Positions 23,678 through 35,840 of a stretch of DNA of 64,000 nt are shown here, one piece after another. The translations under genes and the position numbers were made by a program. This DNA comes from Hypanus sabinus (lineage: Eukaryota): contig NC_082722.1 of assembly GCF_030144855.1 (NCBI RefSeq), forward strand, positions 27,838,001 to 27,902,000, in the 5' to 3' direction. How positions within the stretch are numbered: position 1 is the stretch's first letter; the number at the start of each line of letters is the position of its first letter. The notes beneath the pieces were generated by a model. The model searched no databases. It saw only the letters and a program-made list of their open reading frames with translations, and was not told where the DNA came from.

Positions 23678-24662
23678 AGTTACGTACTCGTGACATGACA
23701 ATGGTACCCTTGACACGTGACTGGGGTTGAAGCTATATTGGACGAGGTAATGGTCTTGTGATGGTGGAGTGATGTCATTTTCCCGCCAGTAGAGATCATG
23801 TGACAGGATTTTTTACAGGTTATAAAAGGAAGACCCCACGCTGTGAGGGGTGGCAGTTCGTGGCTGGATTTGCCATGTTGACTACATGCCACTGCTTGAT
23901 TTAATGTGACGACGCAGTTTAGTTGAAGGATGAAGTTTTTATCTAATGCCGAAAGATTGAAAGGTCATTGCCAGCAATTTCTTTACAATATTGCTAGTTG
24001 AGAATCAGTGGAGAGTGAAGATCAGAGTTCGGGAGTTAACGATCGAGGAGAATCCATTTTCGACGGTGAAACGGGTTCGACCTTATTTAATCTTTATTCG
24101 GAAGGAATTCGTTGACTGTTCTTGTGTAAATCTCTGCGGGATAGCAGAATATTGAGGACAGTGTGATAAAGGAAAGGTCAGTGCTAAGCAGTTTCGTTTC
24201 GTAAAGTCTTCGTGGGAAAAGTTCGACGTCGGGGATCGAAGCAAAATGACGTGAAAGAGAATTTAAATCGTCTTATAAAGTCTCTCCTTTTAAATGGACT
24301 GTGAGTATTTCGAACGTTTGGCAATAAAGAACTGTTTGAGCAACATCGCTTTAAGAACTGTTTGAGCTGCATCGCTTTAAGAACTGCTCAAGGGGCCGCA
24401 CAGCAGCAGATTTCCGGTTACGTTAGTGTTTGATTACTATTGGGGGGTTTGTTTTCAGTGTTTAATAAACGTGTTGTTTGTTATAAGAACCCTGCCGAAC
24501 TCATATATTTATTGTTGCCTGAATACGTAACATAAATATGGGGGCTCGTCCGCGATTGGAAAATTTGAGTTTAAATGCTTGCAGACTTTTGCATCGGTGT
24601 TTTGGAAAAGGGGAATACTCGATTCTTTTGTTTGATTGGCTTGTGAGTGGTATTCGGCAACA

Positions 24663-27600
24663 ATGAAAATTGATGAGTTTCTGGCTTCACCAGTCGCGGA
24701 GCTGTTAGCGAAGGCGAAAAAAACTGAGGTATCTAAGATAGCTCGTAGATTGCAACTTAAAGGTATTTTGACGACTACATCAAAGGCTGTAATACAGAGA
24801 AAAACCGCGACACACTATGTGGATTCGGGTGTTTTTGATGATTCGGTTTTAGAGTCATTTCCAATAAGTAGTCTGGAGATGCAGTTGCAAATCGAACAAA
24901 TGATGTTGGAGCGTTTTAAGTTAGAGGCTGAACAAAAACAGAGAATTTGAATATGCAATGGAGGAATTAAGGTCTGGGAATCAGTCTGCTGGTTCTAGAA
25001 AACCGTTTGTTGCTAGTCAAGAAATTAAATTGGTCCCTCCATTTAGTGAAACAGAAGTGGAAAGATATTTTCAACATTTTGAAACTATTGCTCGGATGTC
25101 AGACTGGCTGAGAGATAAATGGTCAGTGTAGTTACAGAGTGTAATTAAAGGCAAAGCACAACAAGTTTACACAGCTTTAACTGCTGCGCAAGCACTTGAT
25201 TATGATATTGTGAAAATGCATATTCTAAAAGCATGCGAATTAGTCCCAGAAGCTTATAGGGAAAGATTCAGAAGTTTGAAAAAATCTGTGGAAAAAACTT
25301 ATGTGGAATTTGCCTATGATAAAGCTCTGTGCTTTGAGAGATGGGTTTCTTCTAAAAATGTAAATGGGGACTATGATACATTGAGAGAGCTGATTTTAAT
25401 GGAGGAATTTAAAAGAAGCATTCCTGTTGAAGTAAGGACCTACTTAAATGAGAGGGATACTGATAAATTGCAGGACAGTGCTAAATTAGCTAATGATTAT
25501 GTTTTAATCCATAAGAATAAATTTCCTCAGGGCAGTATTTTTAAGAGGACAAATAACATGGAGACTCAAGGTAAATCAAAAATTAAATCAGAAGTTAATG
25601 AGAAACGTAAGGAGGAAGGAAAACCTGTGAAAGAAAGACAGTTTAGTCTTATTTGTAACTGTTGTAAGAAGCCTGGCCATGTAATAGCTAACTGTTTCAG
25701 ATTGAAAAAGAAAGAGAAGGAAGCAGTTCCATATGCTTCTGTGCAACATACTGAAGCACCTGTAAAGCTACAGGGTTTGATGAACACAAATGAGGTTTTG
25801 TTAGAGTCTGACCAAGTTACAAAGGGATATGATCATTTTATAACTGAAGGGTTTGTATCCTTGAAAGAAGGATCTGCTCTGGTGCCAATAAAAATCCTTA
25901 GGGATACTGGAGCTTCTCAATCTCTGATGTTAGACAGTGTGTTGAAGTTTAATGGAGAGTCTGATACTGGTGAGGTAAATTACATAAGAGGTATTGGGAG
26001 TGATTTTATGCCTGTACATTTACATAAAGTAAATTTAAAGTCAGGGTTAGTTACATGATTTGTTAAATTAGGATTACAGCATAGCTTACCTGTGAAGGCT
26101 ATTTCTTTAATGTTACGTAATGACTTGGCAGGTGGACAAGTTTTTCCTGAAGTGCGTTTGACAATGGAGTCAGAGGAACCAGAGTTGAATTCTAACACAG
26201 ATTCTTCCTGTGTTGTGACTAGAGCTATGGCTGAAAAGATTGATGCGCAGAATGAGGTTGTTACTCAGGACTGTTCAACTCAGGATTCGAGTTTTGAGGA
26301 TGTGTCAGAGACTTTCTTATCTTCGTTGTTTGAACGAGATTCTTGGAGGAAGTCTGACTATAAAGATTTATCTCTGTTCCGGAAGGAGATGATAGCAGAG
26401 CAGAATAGAGACTCTGAGATTATGAAATTAAGAGAGCAAGCTTTACGAGGTAGTGAAATTGAGAAGGTGCCAGTAGGATATTACTTGGAAAAAGGAGTGT
26501 TGATGAGGAACTGGAGATCGCCTACAATTCCTGCAAGTGAGGATTGGAATGTTGTTTACCAGGTAGTTGTCCCTAAAGTTTATCGAAATGAGATTTTGAC
26601 TTTAGCTCATAGTGTGCCTTTAGGTGGACATCAAGGGGTAAGGAAAACTGTGGACAAGATATTAAAACATTTTTAATGGCCTGGACTAAGAAAAGATATG
26701 GCGATGTTTTGTAAAACGTGCCATACTTGTCAAATTGTGGGTAAACCAAATCAGGTTACACCAGTAGCTATATTACAACCTATTCCAGCATTTGGTGAAC
26801 CGTTTTCTAAAGTTATTGTAGATTGTGTTGGTCCACTACCAAAGACAAAAACTGGTTATCAGTATTTGTTGACTATCATGTGTACTTCGTCTAGGTTTCC
26901 AGAGGCAGTAACACTTAGGAATATAAAAGCTAAAACTGTGACAAAGGCTCTTATAAAATTCTTTACTTATTTTGGATTACCTAAGGAGATACAAACTGAT
27001 CAAGGCAGTAATTTTATGTCTGGATTGTTTCAACAGATACTTTATAAATTGGGAGCTAAGCAAATCCCTTTGTCTGCATACCATCCAGAGTCGCAAGGTG
27101 CCTTGAAGAGGTTTCATTCTACCCTCAAGAATATGATTAGGACATATTGTGTGGAAAATGAAAGTGACTAGGATGAGGGTATAAACTTACTTTTATTTGC
27201 AGTAAGGGAATCGGTACAGGATTTTAGGTTTTAGTCCATTTGAACTTACGTTTGGGCATAGAGTTAGAGGACCTTTAGCTTTATTGAAAGAACAATGGAT
27301 TAGTAAGGAAGTACACACTAATTTGTTGGACTATGTTTTGAAATTTAAGGACAGGTTACATAAAGCTTGTAGCTTAGCCAAGGAAAATTTAAAGTTGGCT
27401 CAGGAGAAAATGAAGACTTGGTATGATAAAGAAGCTAGGATGAGGATGTTTAAGCCTGGAGATAAGGTGTTGGTTCTTTTCCCAGTGCAGACAAATCCTT
27501 TACAAGCTAGATTTCATGGTCCTTATGAAATTGTGTCTAAAATCAATTATGTGGATTACGTGATAAAAACTCCAGATCGTAGAAGGTCAACACAACTTTT

Positions 27601-28761
27601 CCATATAAATATGATAAAACCATATTTTGAGAAACAAACTGATAACTGTGACTGTTGTGATTAGTGAGAATAAGTTTGATTTAACTAGGGACATGATAGA
27701 TGATTCATCTGACCTTCATTCTAAATCCAACATTGTTTCTGTTAGGTTACCAAATTCAACCATTCTGGAAAATATTGACGAGAAATTAGCACACTTACAG
27801 CTAGATCAGAAACAACAGATTAAGGAATTAATTTTTAAATATAAGGAGTTGTTTCCAGATGTTCCGAGAAGGACTACTATAGCCTCACATGATGTAGATG
27901 TTGGAGATGCCAAACTTATCAAACGACATCCATATAGGATGAACATAGAAAAATGTGAACTTGCTGACAAAGAAATTGAATATATGTTAGAGAATAATAT
28001 TATTAGACATTCTAACTCGAATTGGAGTTCACCATGTGTTATGATGCCAAAACCAGATGGTAGTGTTAGGTTTTGTACGGACTATAGGAAGGTGAACGCT
28101 GCAACGAAAACAGATCCATATCCAATTCCTAGAGTAGATGATTGTGTAGATAAAGTTGGAAAAGCAAAGTTCCTTACAAAGATTGACTTATTGAAAGGGT
28201 ATTGGTGTGTTCCATTAATAGACAGAGTAGAGAGATTTCTGCATTTGTAACTCCATCTGGGTTATATGAGTATAATGTTCTTCCATTTGGGATGAAGAAT
28301 GCCCCAGGTACTTTCCATAGGATGATTAAGTCTGTGATTCAGGGTTTGAAAGCTACTGATGCTTATATTGATGATTTAGTGACAGGAAATGATACTTGGG
28401 AAGCACACATTATTGCGGTGGAGAAATTGTTTGAAAGGCTTTCAAAAGCTAACTTAACTATTAATTTAGCTAAGAGTGAATTTGGACATGCCACTGTGAC
28501 TTACCTTGGTTATGTTGTAGGTCAAGGTAAGGTAACTCCTGTTCAGGGAAAAGGTCAGCCAATTTTAGAGATTCCCACTCCAACGGGGAGAAAAAAAAAA
28601 CTCTTAGAAATTTTTTGGGAATGGTAGGATATTATCGAAAATTTTGTAAGAATTTTGCTAATGTTGCCCTTCCATTAACTAACCATCTGCAGAAGAATGT
28701 GAAGTTTGTGTGGACAGTGCCTTGTCAAGAAGCATTTGAAAAATTGAAAATAATGATATGT
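24663..28761 (+). pseudogene. Gmr1-like gag-PR-INT-RT (5' of the nested insert)
   Basis: ACELVPEAYRERF (SCAN-related capsid), CNCCKKPGHVIANC, ILRDTGASQSL, integrase HSVPLGGH..CKTC..DCVGP..TDQGSNF..HPESQG at 26600-27170, then RT FCTDYRKVN..AYIDD at 27860-28500. Confidence 0.9.
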
Positions 28762-28939
28762 TGTAGCGGTGTGCTACACGCAGCGCTAAAATTACGACAC
28801 GGAGTCGGTAACTGCAGTCGAAGGAAAAAAACTTTATTCGAAGACTTCAGCCTCACTTTTAAGCCTCTGTCAACCACCCCCCCCCCCCCCCCCCATGGCG
28901 CAGAGGCTCCAAAGCTCTGTGCTCGCAAAACGCCATAGG

Positions 28940-31900
28940 CTATCTAATTGTGAGTCGGTTCGGATACGCTAGGAAATGGGTCGCCACATAACCCCCCCCC
29001 CCAGAACCGGCGATACACCCCCCAATGTCCACAGTCTGGGCCAGAACCTGCTTGGGAGTTCGGCCTCTGCGCCGAGGCGCCGGAAACTCGGCCGGTTGCG
29101 CCAGGTCCGCATGGGCCAGTTTGAGGCGGTCCACCGTGAAAACCTCCTCTTTCCCCCCAACGTCCAGCACGAACGTGGACCCGTTGTTCCGGAGCACCAT
29201 AAACGGCCCCTCGTATGGCCGCTGCAGCGGTGGCCGATGCCCGCCCCTTCGTACAAACACAAACTTACAGTTCTGTAGGTCTTTGGGTACGCAGGTCGGG
29301 TGCCGCCCGTGCTCTGAAGTGGGTATGGGGGCCAGGTTACCGAGCTTATCGCGTAGTCTGCCCAGGACTGCTGCGGGATCTTCCTCTTGCCCCCGTGGGG
29401 CTGGTAGGAACTCCCCGGGGACGACCAGGGGCGCGCCGTATGCCAACTCGGCCGACGAGGCGTGCAGGTCGTCCTTGGGCGCTGTGCGGATGCCGAGTAG
29501 GACCCAGGGAAGCTCGTCCGCCCAGTTGGCTCCTCGCAGGCGGGCCATCAGGGCCGACTTCAGGTGACGGTGGAAACGCTCCACTAGCCCGTTCGACTGT
29601 GGGTGGTAGGCAGTTGTGTGGTGCAGCTGAGTCCCCAAAAGGCTGGCCATAGCTGACCACAGGCTGGAGGTGAACTGGGCGCCTCTGTCGGAGGAAATGT
29701 GGGCCGGGACACCAAAGCGAGATATCCAGGTGGCGATCAGGGCTCGGGCGCAAGATTCGGAGGTGGTGTCGGTGAGCGGGACCGCCTCTGGCCATCTTGT
29801 GAACCGGTCCACGATAGTCAGGAGGTAACGCGCTCCGCGCGACACTGGCAGGGGGCCCACGATATCCACATGAATGTGGACGAAACGCCGGTGGGCGGGA
29901 TGGAACTGCTGCGGTGGGGCTTTGGTGTGCCGCTGCACCTTGGCCGTCTGGCAGTGCATGCACGTTTTGGCCCATTCACTGATCTGTTTGCGGAGTCCGT
30001 GCCAAACGAACCTGCTGGAAACCATGCGCCAAGTTATGAATGGAGTCGAAAACGCGGCGCCGCCATGCTGTCGGGACGACTGGACGGGGCTGGCCGGTGG
30101 CGACGTCACAGAGTAGGGTCCTCTCACCCGGGCCTACGGGGAGGTCCTGGAGCTGCAGACCGGAGACTGCGGTTCTGTAACTCGGAATCTCCTCATCCGC
30201 CTGCTGCGCTTCTGCCAGTGCCTCAAAGTCTACCCCTTAGGAAAGGGCATGAACGGTAGGGCGAGAGAGCGCATCCGCCACATTGTCCTTACCCGAGACG
30301 TGCCGGACATCCGTCGTGTATTCAGAGATGTAGGACAGGTGGCGTTGCTGGCGGGACGACCAGGGGTCGGATGCTTTCGTAAACGCAAAGGTAAGCGGTT
30401 TGTGGTCCGTGAACGCGGTGAAGGGCCGACCTTCTAGGAAGTACCTGAAATGCCGGATTGCCAGGTAGAGCGCCAACAGTTCCCGGTCGAAAGCACTGTA
30501 TTTGAGCTCAGGTGGTCGCAGGTGTTTGCTGAAAAACGCCAGGGGTTGCCAGCGACCTGCGATGAGTTGCTCCAGCACCCCACCGACTGCCGTGTTTGAT
30601 GCATCCACTGTGAGGGCGGTAGGGGTGTCCATTCTGGGATGTACTAGCATTGCGGCGTCCGCCAAAGCTTCCTTCGTTTGAACGAAAGCGGCGGCGGACT
30701 CCTCGTCCCAGGTAATGTCCTTGCTCGGACCCGACATCAGGGCGAACAGGGGGCGCATGATCCGGGCAGCTGAAGGGAGGAAGCGGCGGTAGAAATTGAC
30801 CATACCTACGAATTCCTGAAGGCCTTTGATCGTGGTGGGTCGGGGGAAATGGCGGACCGCATCTACCTTAGCGGGCAGAGGGGTTGCCCCGTCTTTAGTA
30901 ATCCTGTGGCCCAGGAAGTCAATGGTATCGAGTCCGAACTGGCATTTGGCGGGGTTGATTGTAAGACCGTACTCACTCAGTCGGGCGCGGAGTTGACGGA
31001 GATGGGACAGATGCTCCTGACGACTGCCGCTGGCTATGAGGATGTCATCCAAATAGATGAACGCGAAGTCCAGGTCCCGTCCCACCGCGTCCATTAACCG
31101 CTGGAACGTCTGTGCGGCATTCTTCAGGCCGAACGGCATGCGGAGGAACTCGAAAAGGCCGAAAGGGGTGATGAGAGCCGTTTTGGGGACGTCGTCAGGA
31201 TGCATCGGGATTTGATGGTATCCCCTGACGAGATCTACCTTGGAGAAGATCCGTGCGCCGTGCAGGTTTGCTGCAAAGTCCTGAATGTGCGGCACAGGGT
31301 AGCGGTCCGGTGTGGTAGCCTCGTTCAGCCTGCGGTAGTCGCCGCACGGTCTCCAGCCCCCCGTCGCTTTGGGCACCATGTGCAGGGAGGAGGCCCATGG
31401 GCTGTCGGACCGCCGGATGATCCCCAATTCCTCCATCCTCTGGAACTCCTCCTTCGCCAGTCGGAGCTTGTCCGGGGGAAGCCGCCGAGCACGGGCATGG
31501 AGGGGTGGTCCCTGGGTCGGGATGTGGTGCTGTACGCCGTGCCTGGGCATGGCCGCTGTGAACTGCGGTGCCAGAACCGATGGGAACTCCGCCAGGACCC
31601 TGGTGAAGTCGTTGTCGGACAGCGTGATGGAGCCGAGGTGAGGGGCTGGCAACTGGGCTGCACCCAGGGAGAACGTCTGAAAGGTCTCGGCGTGTACCAG
31701 TCTCTGCCTGGGCAGGTCGACCAGTAGGCTGTGAGCCCGCAAAAAATCCTCACCCAGAAGCGGTTGGGCTACGGCGGCCAGTGTGAAGTCCCACGTGAAC
31801 TGGCTGGAGCCGAACTGTAGCTGCACCTGACGGGTGCCATAGGTCCTTACGGTGCTGCCATTCACGGCCCGCAGGGGGGGACCCGGTGCCCTGCTGCGGG

Positions 31901-32048
31901 TGTCGTAACTCGTCGGAGGTAAAACGCTGATCTCAGCCCCAGTATCGACCAAAAACCGGCGTCCCGACCTTCTATCCCACACATACAGGAGGCTATCCCG
32001 ATGGCCAGCCGCCGTAGCCATCAGCGGCGGCTGGCCCTGGCGTTTCCC
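28940..32048 (-). pseudogene. CsRn1-like pol (PR-RT-RH-INT): one premature stop at 30237-39 and a short deletion in the integrase zinc finger
   Basis: [81 protein letters not shown]. Confidence 0.9.
32003..32048 (-). promoter_or_regulatory. -1 programmed ribosomal frameshift signal (gag/pol)
   Basis: Minus strand G GGA AAC in the gag frame, a 5-nt spacer, then a perfect 12-bp hairpin ggccagccgccg/cggcggctggcc with a 10-nt loop. Pol continues in the -1 frame ([10 protein letters not shown]). Confidence 0.85.
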
Positions 32049-32708
32049 GGGAACTTGCAGGGCGGGCGACAACGGCGGGCTTCTGCGCCCCACCGCTGGT
32101 GGTAGAAGCACCAGTGTTCATTGGGCCGGGGGTTGGCGGGCTCTGTGGCCGGGCCTGGACTGGTTTGCTGCCGGGAGCGTGGCTGGGTGATCTGTGCGAT
32201 GGACTCCCCGCTCACCTTTTTGGCGTTCCACAGCAAGTCCGCCCGGGCTGCCACCTTCCGGGGGTCACTGAAATCCGCATCGGACAGCAGCAGGCGTATG
32301 TCCTCGGGCAGCTGCTCCAGGAATGCCTGCTCAAACATGAGGCAGGGTGTGTGTTCGTCGGCGAGAGACAACATCTCATTCATTAAAGCCGATGGAGGTC
32401 TGTCGCCCAAGCCATCCAGGTGCAGTAAACGGGCAGCCCGCTCGCGCCGAGAGAGTCCGAAAGTCCTGAGGAGCAGGGCTTTGAATTCCGTGTACTTGCC
32501 GTCTGCGGGGGCGACTGTACGAACTCCGCGACCTGAGCCGCTGTGTCCTGGTCGAGGGAACTCACCACGTAGTAGTAGCGGGTGTCTTCTGAGGTGATCC
32601 GGCGAACGTGGAATTGGGCTTCGGCTTGCTGGAACCATAGGTCCGGGCGCTGTGTCCAGAAACCTGGCAGTTTCAACGAAACCGCATGAACAGAGGCGGC
32701 GTCGGTCA
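32021..32708 (-). pseudogene. CsRn1-like gag with one frameshift near 32505
   Basis: MTDAASVHAVSLKLPGFWTQRPDLWFQQAEAQF continues after a 1-nt shift as [25 protein letters not shown]. Confidence 0.85.
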
Positions 32709-32969
32709 TTTCTGGTCCAAAAATCGTTTGGACCGTCGGGGTCACCAATTGTAGCGGTGTGCTACACGCAGCGCTAAAATTACGACACGGAGTCGGTAAC
32801 TGCAGTCGAAGGAAAAAAACTTTATTCGAAAACTTCAGCCTCACTTTTAAGCCTCTGTCAACCGGCCCCCCATGGCGCAGAGGCTCCAAAGCTCTGTGCT
32901 CGCAAACCCCCGTAGGCTATCTAATTGTGAGTCGGTTCGGATACGCTAGGAAATGGGTCGCCACAATGT

Positions 32970-33384
32970 CAACAACCTGTGCTTAAGGCACCTGACTTTG
33001 AAAAACCTTTTTCATTGGCTGTGGATGCTAGTGGTGAGGCTGCAGGAGCAGTATTAATGCAAAGGAATGAGGTTGATGAGGTTGATCATTCAAGTAGCTT
33101 ACTTTTCAAAGAAATTTAATAAGCATCAAAGAACCTATTCGACAATAGAGAAAGAATTGTTATCTCTTGTTCTAGCTTTGGAATATTTTGAGGTATATGT
33201 TGGTACAACTCAAAAACCACTTATTGCTTACACTGATCATAATCCGTTAGTTTTTCTGAGTAAGATCAAAAACAAAAACAGAAGATTATTAAATCGGAGT
33301 TTGATGTTACAAGAGTACAAAATTGTGGTAACTCATATTAAAGGTAAAGATAATGTGGTTGCTGATTGTCTATCTCGATGTTGA
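32970..33384 (+). pseudogene. Gmr1-like RNase H (3' of the nested insert)
   Basis: PVLKAPDFEKPFSLAVDAS..AYFSKKF..YSTIEKE..TDHNPL..HIKGKDNVVADCLSRC. Confidence 0.9.
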
Positions 33385-34451
33385 ATGTACAATGCAATTT
33401 TTAATGGAGTTTTTTTTTCAATTGTAACACTCCTACTGTATTGTGAATTATAAGCTGTTATATGATGGTATTGTTTATTATGGGTGCTATAAAATTTATA
33501 CATTTGTTTTCTTGTGAGTAATTGTTAAAAATGTTTGTTCTTGTCAGACCAAAAATGTTTTTTTGGAGGGAGGTGTTACGTACTCGTGACATGACAGTGG
33601 TACCCTTCTCACGTGACTGGGGTTGAAGCTATACTGGACTTGAGGTAATGGTCTTGTGATGGTGGAGTGATGTCATTTTCCCGACAGTAGAGATCATGTG
33701 ACAGGTTTTTTTACAGGTTATAAAAGGAAGACACCACTCTGTGAGGAGGGGCAGTTCGTGGCTGGATTTGCCATGTTGACTTCATGCCACTGCGTGATTT
33801 AATGTGACGACGCAGTTTAGTTGAAGGATGAAGTTTTTATCTAATGCCTAAAGAATAAAAGGTCATTGCCAGCAATTTATTTACAATACTGCTGGTTGAG
33901 AATCAGTAGAGAGTGAAGCTCAGAGTTCGGGAGTTAAAGATCGAGGAGAATCCATTTTCGACGGTGAAACGGGTTCGACCTTATTTAATCCTTATTCGGA
34001 AGGAATTCGTTGACTGTTCTCGTGTTAATCTCTGCAGGATAGCAGAAGATTGAGGACAGTGTGATAAAGGAAAGGTCAGTGCCTTTAAGCAGTTTCGTTT
34101 CGTTTCGTAAAGTCTTCGTGGGAAAAGTTCGACGTCGGGGATCTAAGCAAAATGACGTGAAAGAGAATTTGAATCGTCTTATAAAGTCTCTCCTTTTAAA
34201 TGAACTGTGAGCATTTCGAACTATTGGCAATATTACTTTAAAGAACTGTTTGAGCAACATCGCTTTAAAAACTGTTTGAGCTGCATCGCTTTAAGAACTG
34301 TTCAAGCTGCCGCACAGCAGCAGATTTCCGGTTACGTTAGTGTTTGATTGCTTTTGGGGGGTTTGTTTTCAGTGTTTAATAAACGTGTTGTTTGTTATAA
34401 AAACCTTTGCTGAACTCATATATTTATTGTTGCCTGAATACGTAACACAGG

Positions 34452-35010
34452 CTTCAGTGGACTTTGTCTTGTCACAGTGCGAGGTATGCGCACAGAATAA
34501 TGTTCAGAAGAGAATTACAACCCCAATAGGTCACATTCCTGGACCTGAAGGACCATTTAAACATCTAGTGATCGATTACGTAGACATGATAAAGACAGTG
34601 AGAAGGAAAAGATATATGCTGGTAGTAATTGATCGAATTAGCAGATGGGTGGAGGCGGTACCTTCAAGAGATCAATAGGCAAAGACAGTGGTAAAATTTC
34701 TGACAAATGAAGGGATACAAAGGTTTGGAATACCTACAGAAGTTAGCTCAGACAATGGTTCAGCTTTTATCCAGAAAGTGGTCAAACTGGTACGACAGGC
34801 GCTGAAGATAAAGCAAAGATTTGGATGTGTATACCACCCTCAGTCGCAGGGCATGGTAGAGAGAATTAATTGAACCCTGAAAGCCAAACTAGACAAAATT
34901 TGTGCAGACACTAAACTTAATTGGGTCGATGCTTTACCATTAGCATTGATGAGTTACCGCATGCAAACTAATCGAATGACATGCCTGACACCGCATGAAA
35001 TGCTCACTGG
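34452..35010 (+). pseudogene. ERV integrase, resumed after the nested Gypsy; 3' truncated
   Basis: CEVC completes the HHCC finger, followed by PFKHLVIDYVDM, VIDRISRWVEAVP, SSDNGSAF, YHPQSQGMVERIN. Confidence 0.88.
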
Positions 35011-35616
35011 GAAGCTATTATACCTGTGATAGGGGTAAGCAAAAATATTGAATGGATAAAATATATATACTACAATCAACAGAGATTCATCAACTACACC
35101 GATGATGCACTGGAGGCCTTTGGGCAACAGCTGGATGCAACTAGCAGGATGGCGTGGCAAAACAGACAGGTACTGGACTGGCTTTTGGCAGAAAAAGGGG
35201 GTGTGTGTGTAATGTTTGGAGAACAATGCTGCACTTTCATACCGAACAATACTAGCCCAGAAGAGTCTTTCACCAGAGCAATGAATAAATTAAAAAATCT
35301 GCGGAAGGAGGTCAGACAGAATGCAGTGTTCGGACATCAGTTTTTTGATTGGTTAGAAAGTAGACACGGAGGATGGGGAGCATGGCTGACTAAAATAGCA
35401 ATAAATGTCAGTATTATATTGTTGAGCTGTGTGCATGTGCTGTGCTGTTTTCTTCCTTGTCTCAAATCTCTTGTAGTGCGTGCAACAACCAAACAATTTC
35501 CGATGCTCGTGGCAATTACTGAAGCAAGCTTAGTGGAGAAAGAAACACCGAAAATGTATCGTAACAGCCTACAACACCTGCATAATGAACAAGAGCAAAA
35601 CGACAGTGTGCAGTAG
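35008..35616 (+). pseudogene. ERV env transmembrane subunit only (SU deleted)
   Basis: Open frame with QNRQVLDWLLAEKGGVC (immunosuppressive domain), CVMFGEQCC (CX6CC) and a hydrophobic anchor. No signal peptide; TGA in frame just upstream at 34996. Confidence 0.88.
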
Positions 35617-35840
35617 ATTGTAAGGGCTTCTGAGTCTTTTTCCCTGTCTCAGGTACAGAGGGACAGGTTCTTGGCTCAGCAGCCCAGGGTAACAGGGAGA
35701 GAATACTTTGAGGTCTTGGCGCAGAAAATTATAGTTTAACCCGAGATTTGGGAATAAGTGCTTGAGTTTATTGAGGCTTTTGTGCGCAGACTCTTAGTCT
35801 TTTCTCTGTGTGAGACCCTCTGGGTCTCAAAGGGGGGATA

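Larger units (their letters stand above)
28762..32965 (-). mobile_element. CsRn1/Kabuki-clade Ty3/Gypsy element, young and nearly intact
   Basis: Short LTRs 32750-32965 (5') and 28762-28988 (3'); TSD ATGT (28758-61 / 32966-69); tRNA-Trp PBS (14 nt, 32734-32747); G-rich PPT; gag AVSLKLPGFW and CHCC knuckle [18 protein letters not shown]. Confidence 0.92.
23678..34447 (+). mobile_element. Gmr1-like Ty3/Gypsy LTR retrotransposon (order gag-PR-INT-RT-RH), decayed
   Basis: LTRs 23678-24532 and 33574-34447; TSD CAGG (23674-77 / 34448-51); tRNA-Pro PBS tgggggctcgtccgcgat at 24539; PPT ggagggagg at 33565-73. Confidence 0.93.

Noticed and set aside
24327-24392. 26-bp direct repeats, CRISPR-like at first sight
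   Set aside because: Contiguous tandem repeats without spacers, inside the Gmr1 LTR and repeated in its 3' LTR; eukaryotic context.
20745-28500. Possible APOBEC-type G-to-A hypermutation (a few TGG to TAA/TAG stops)
   Set aside because: Too few cases, and the other lesions are of mixed types; cannot be distinguished from neutral decay without a consensus.
28969-32597. Many overlapping antisense and alternate-frame ORFs
   Set aside because: Shadow ORFs of the GC-rich CsRn1-like gag-pol.
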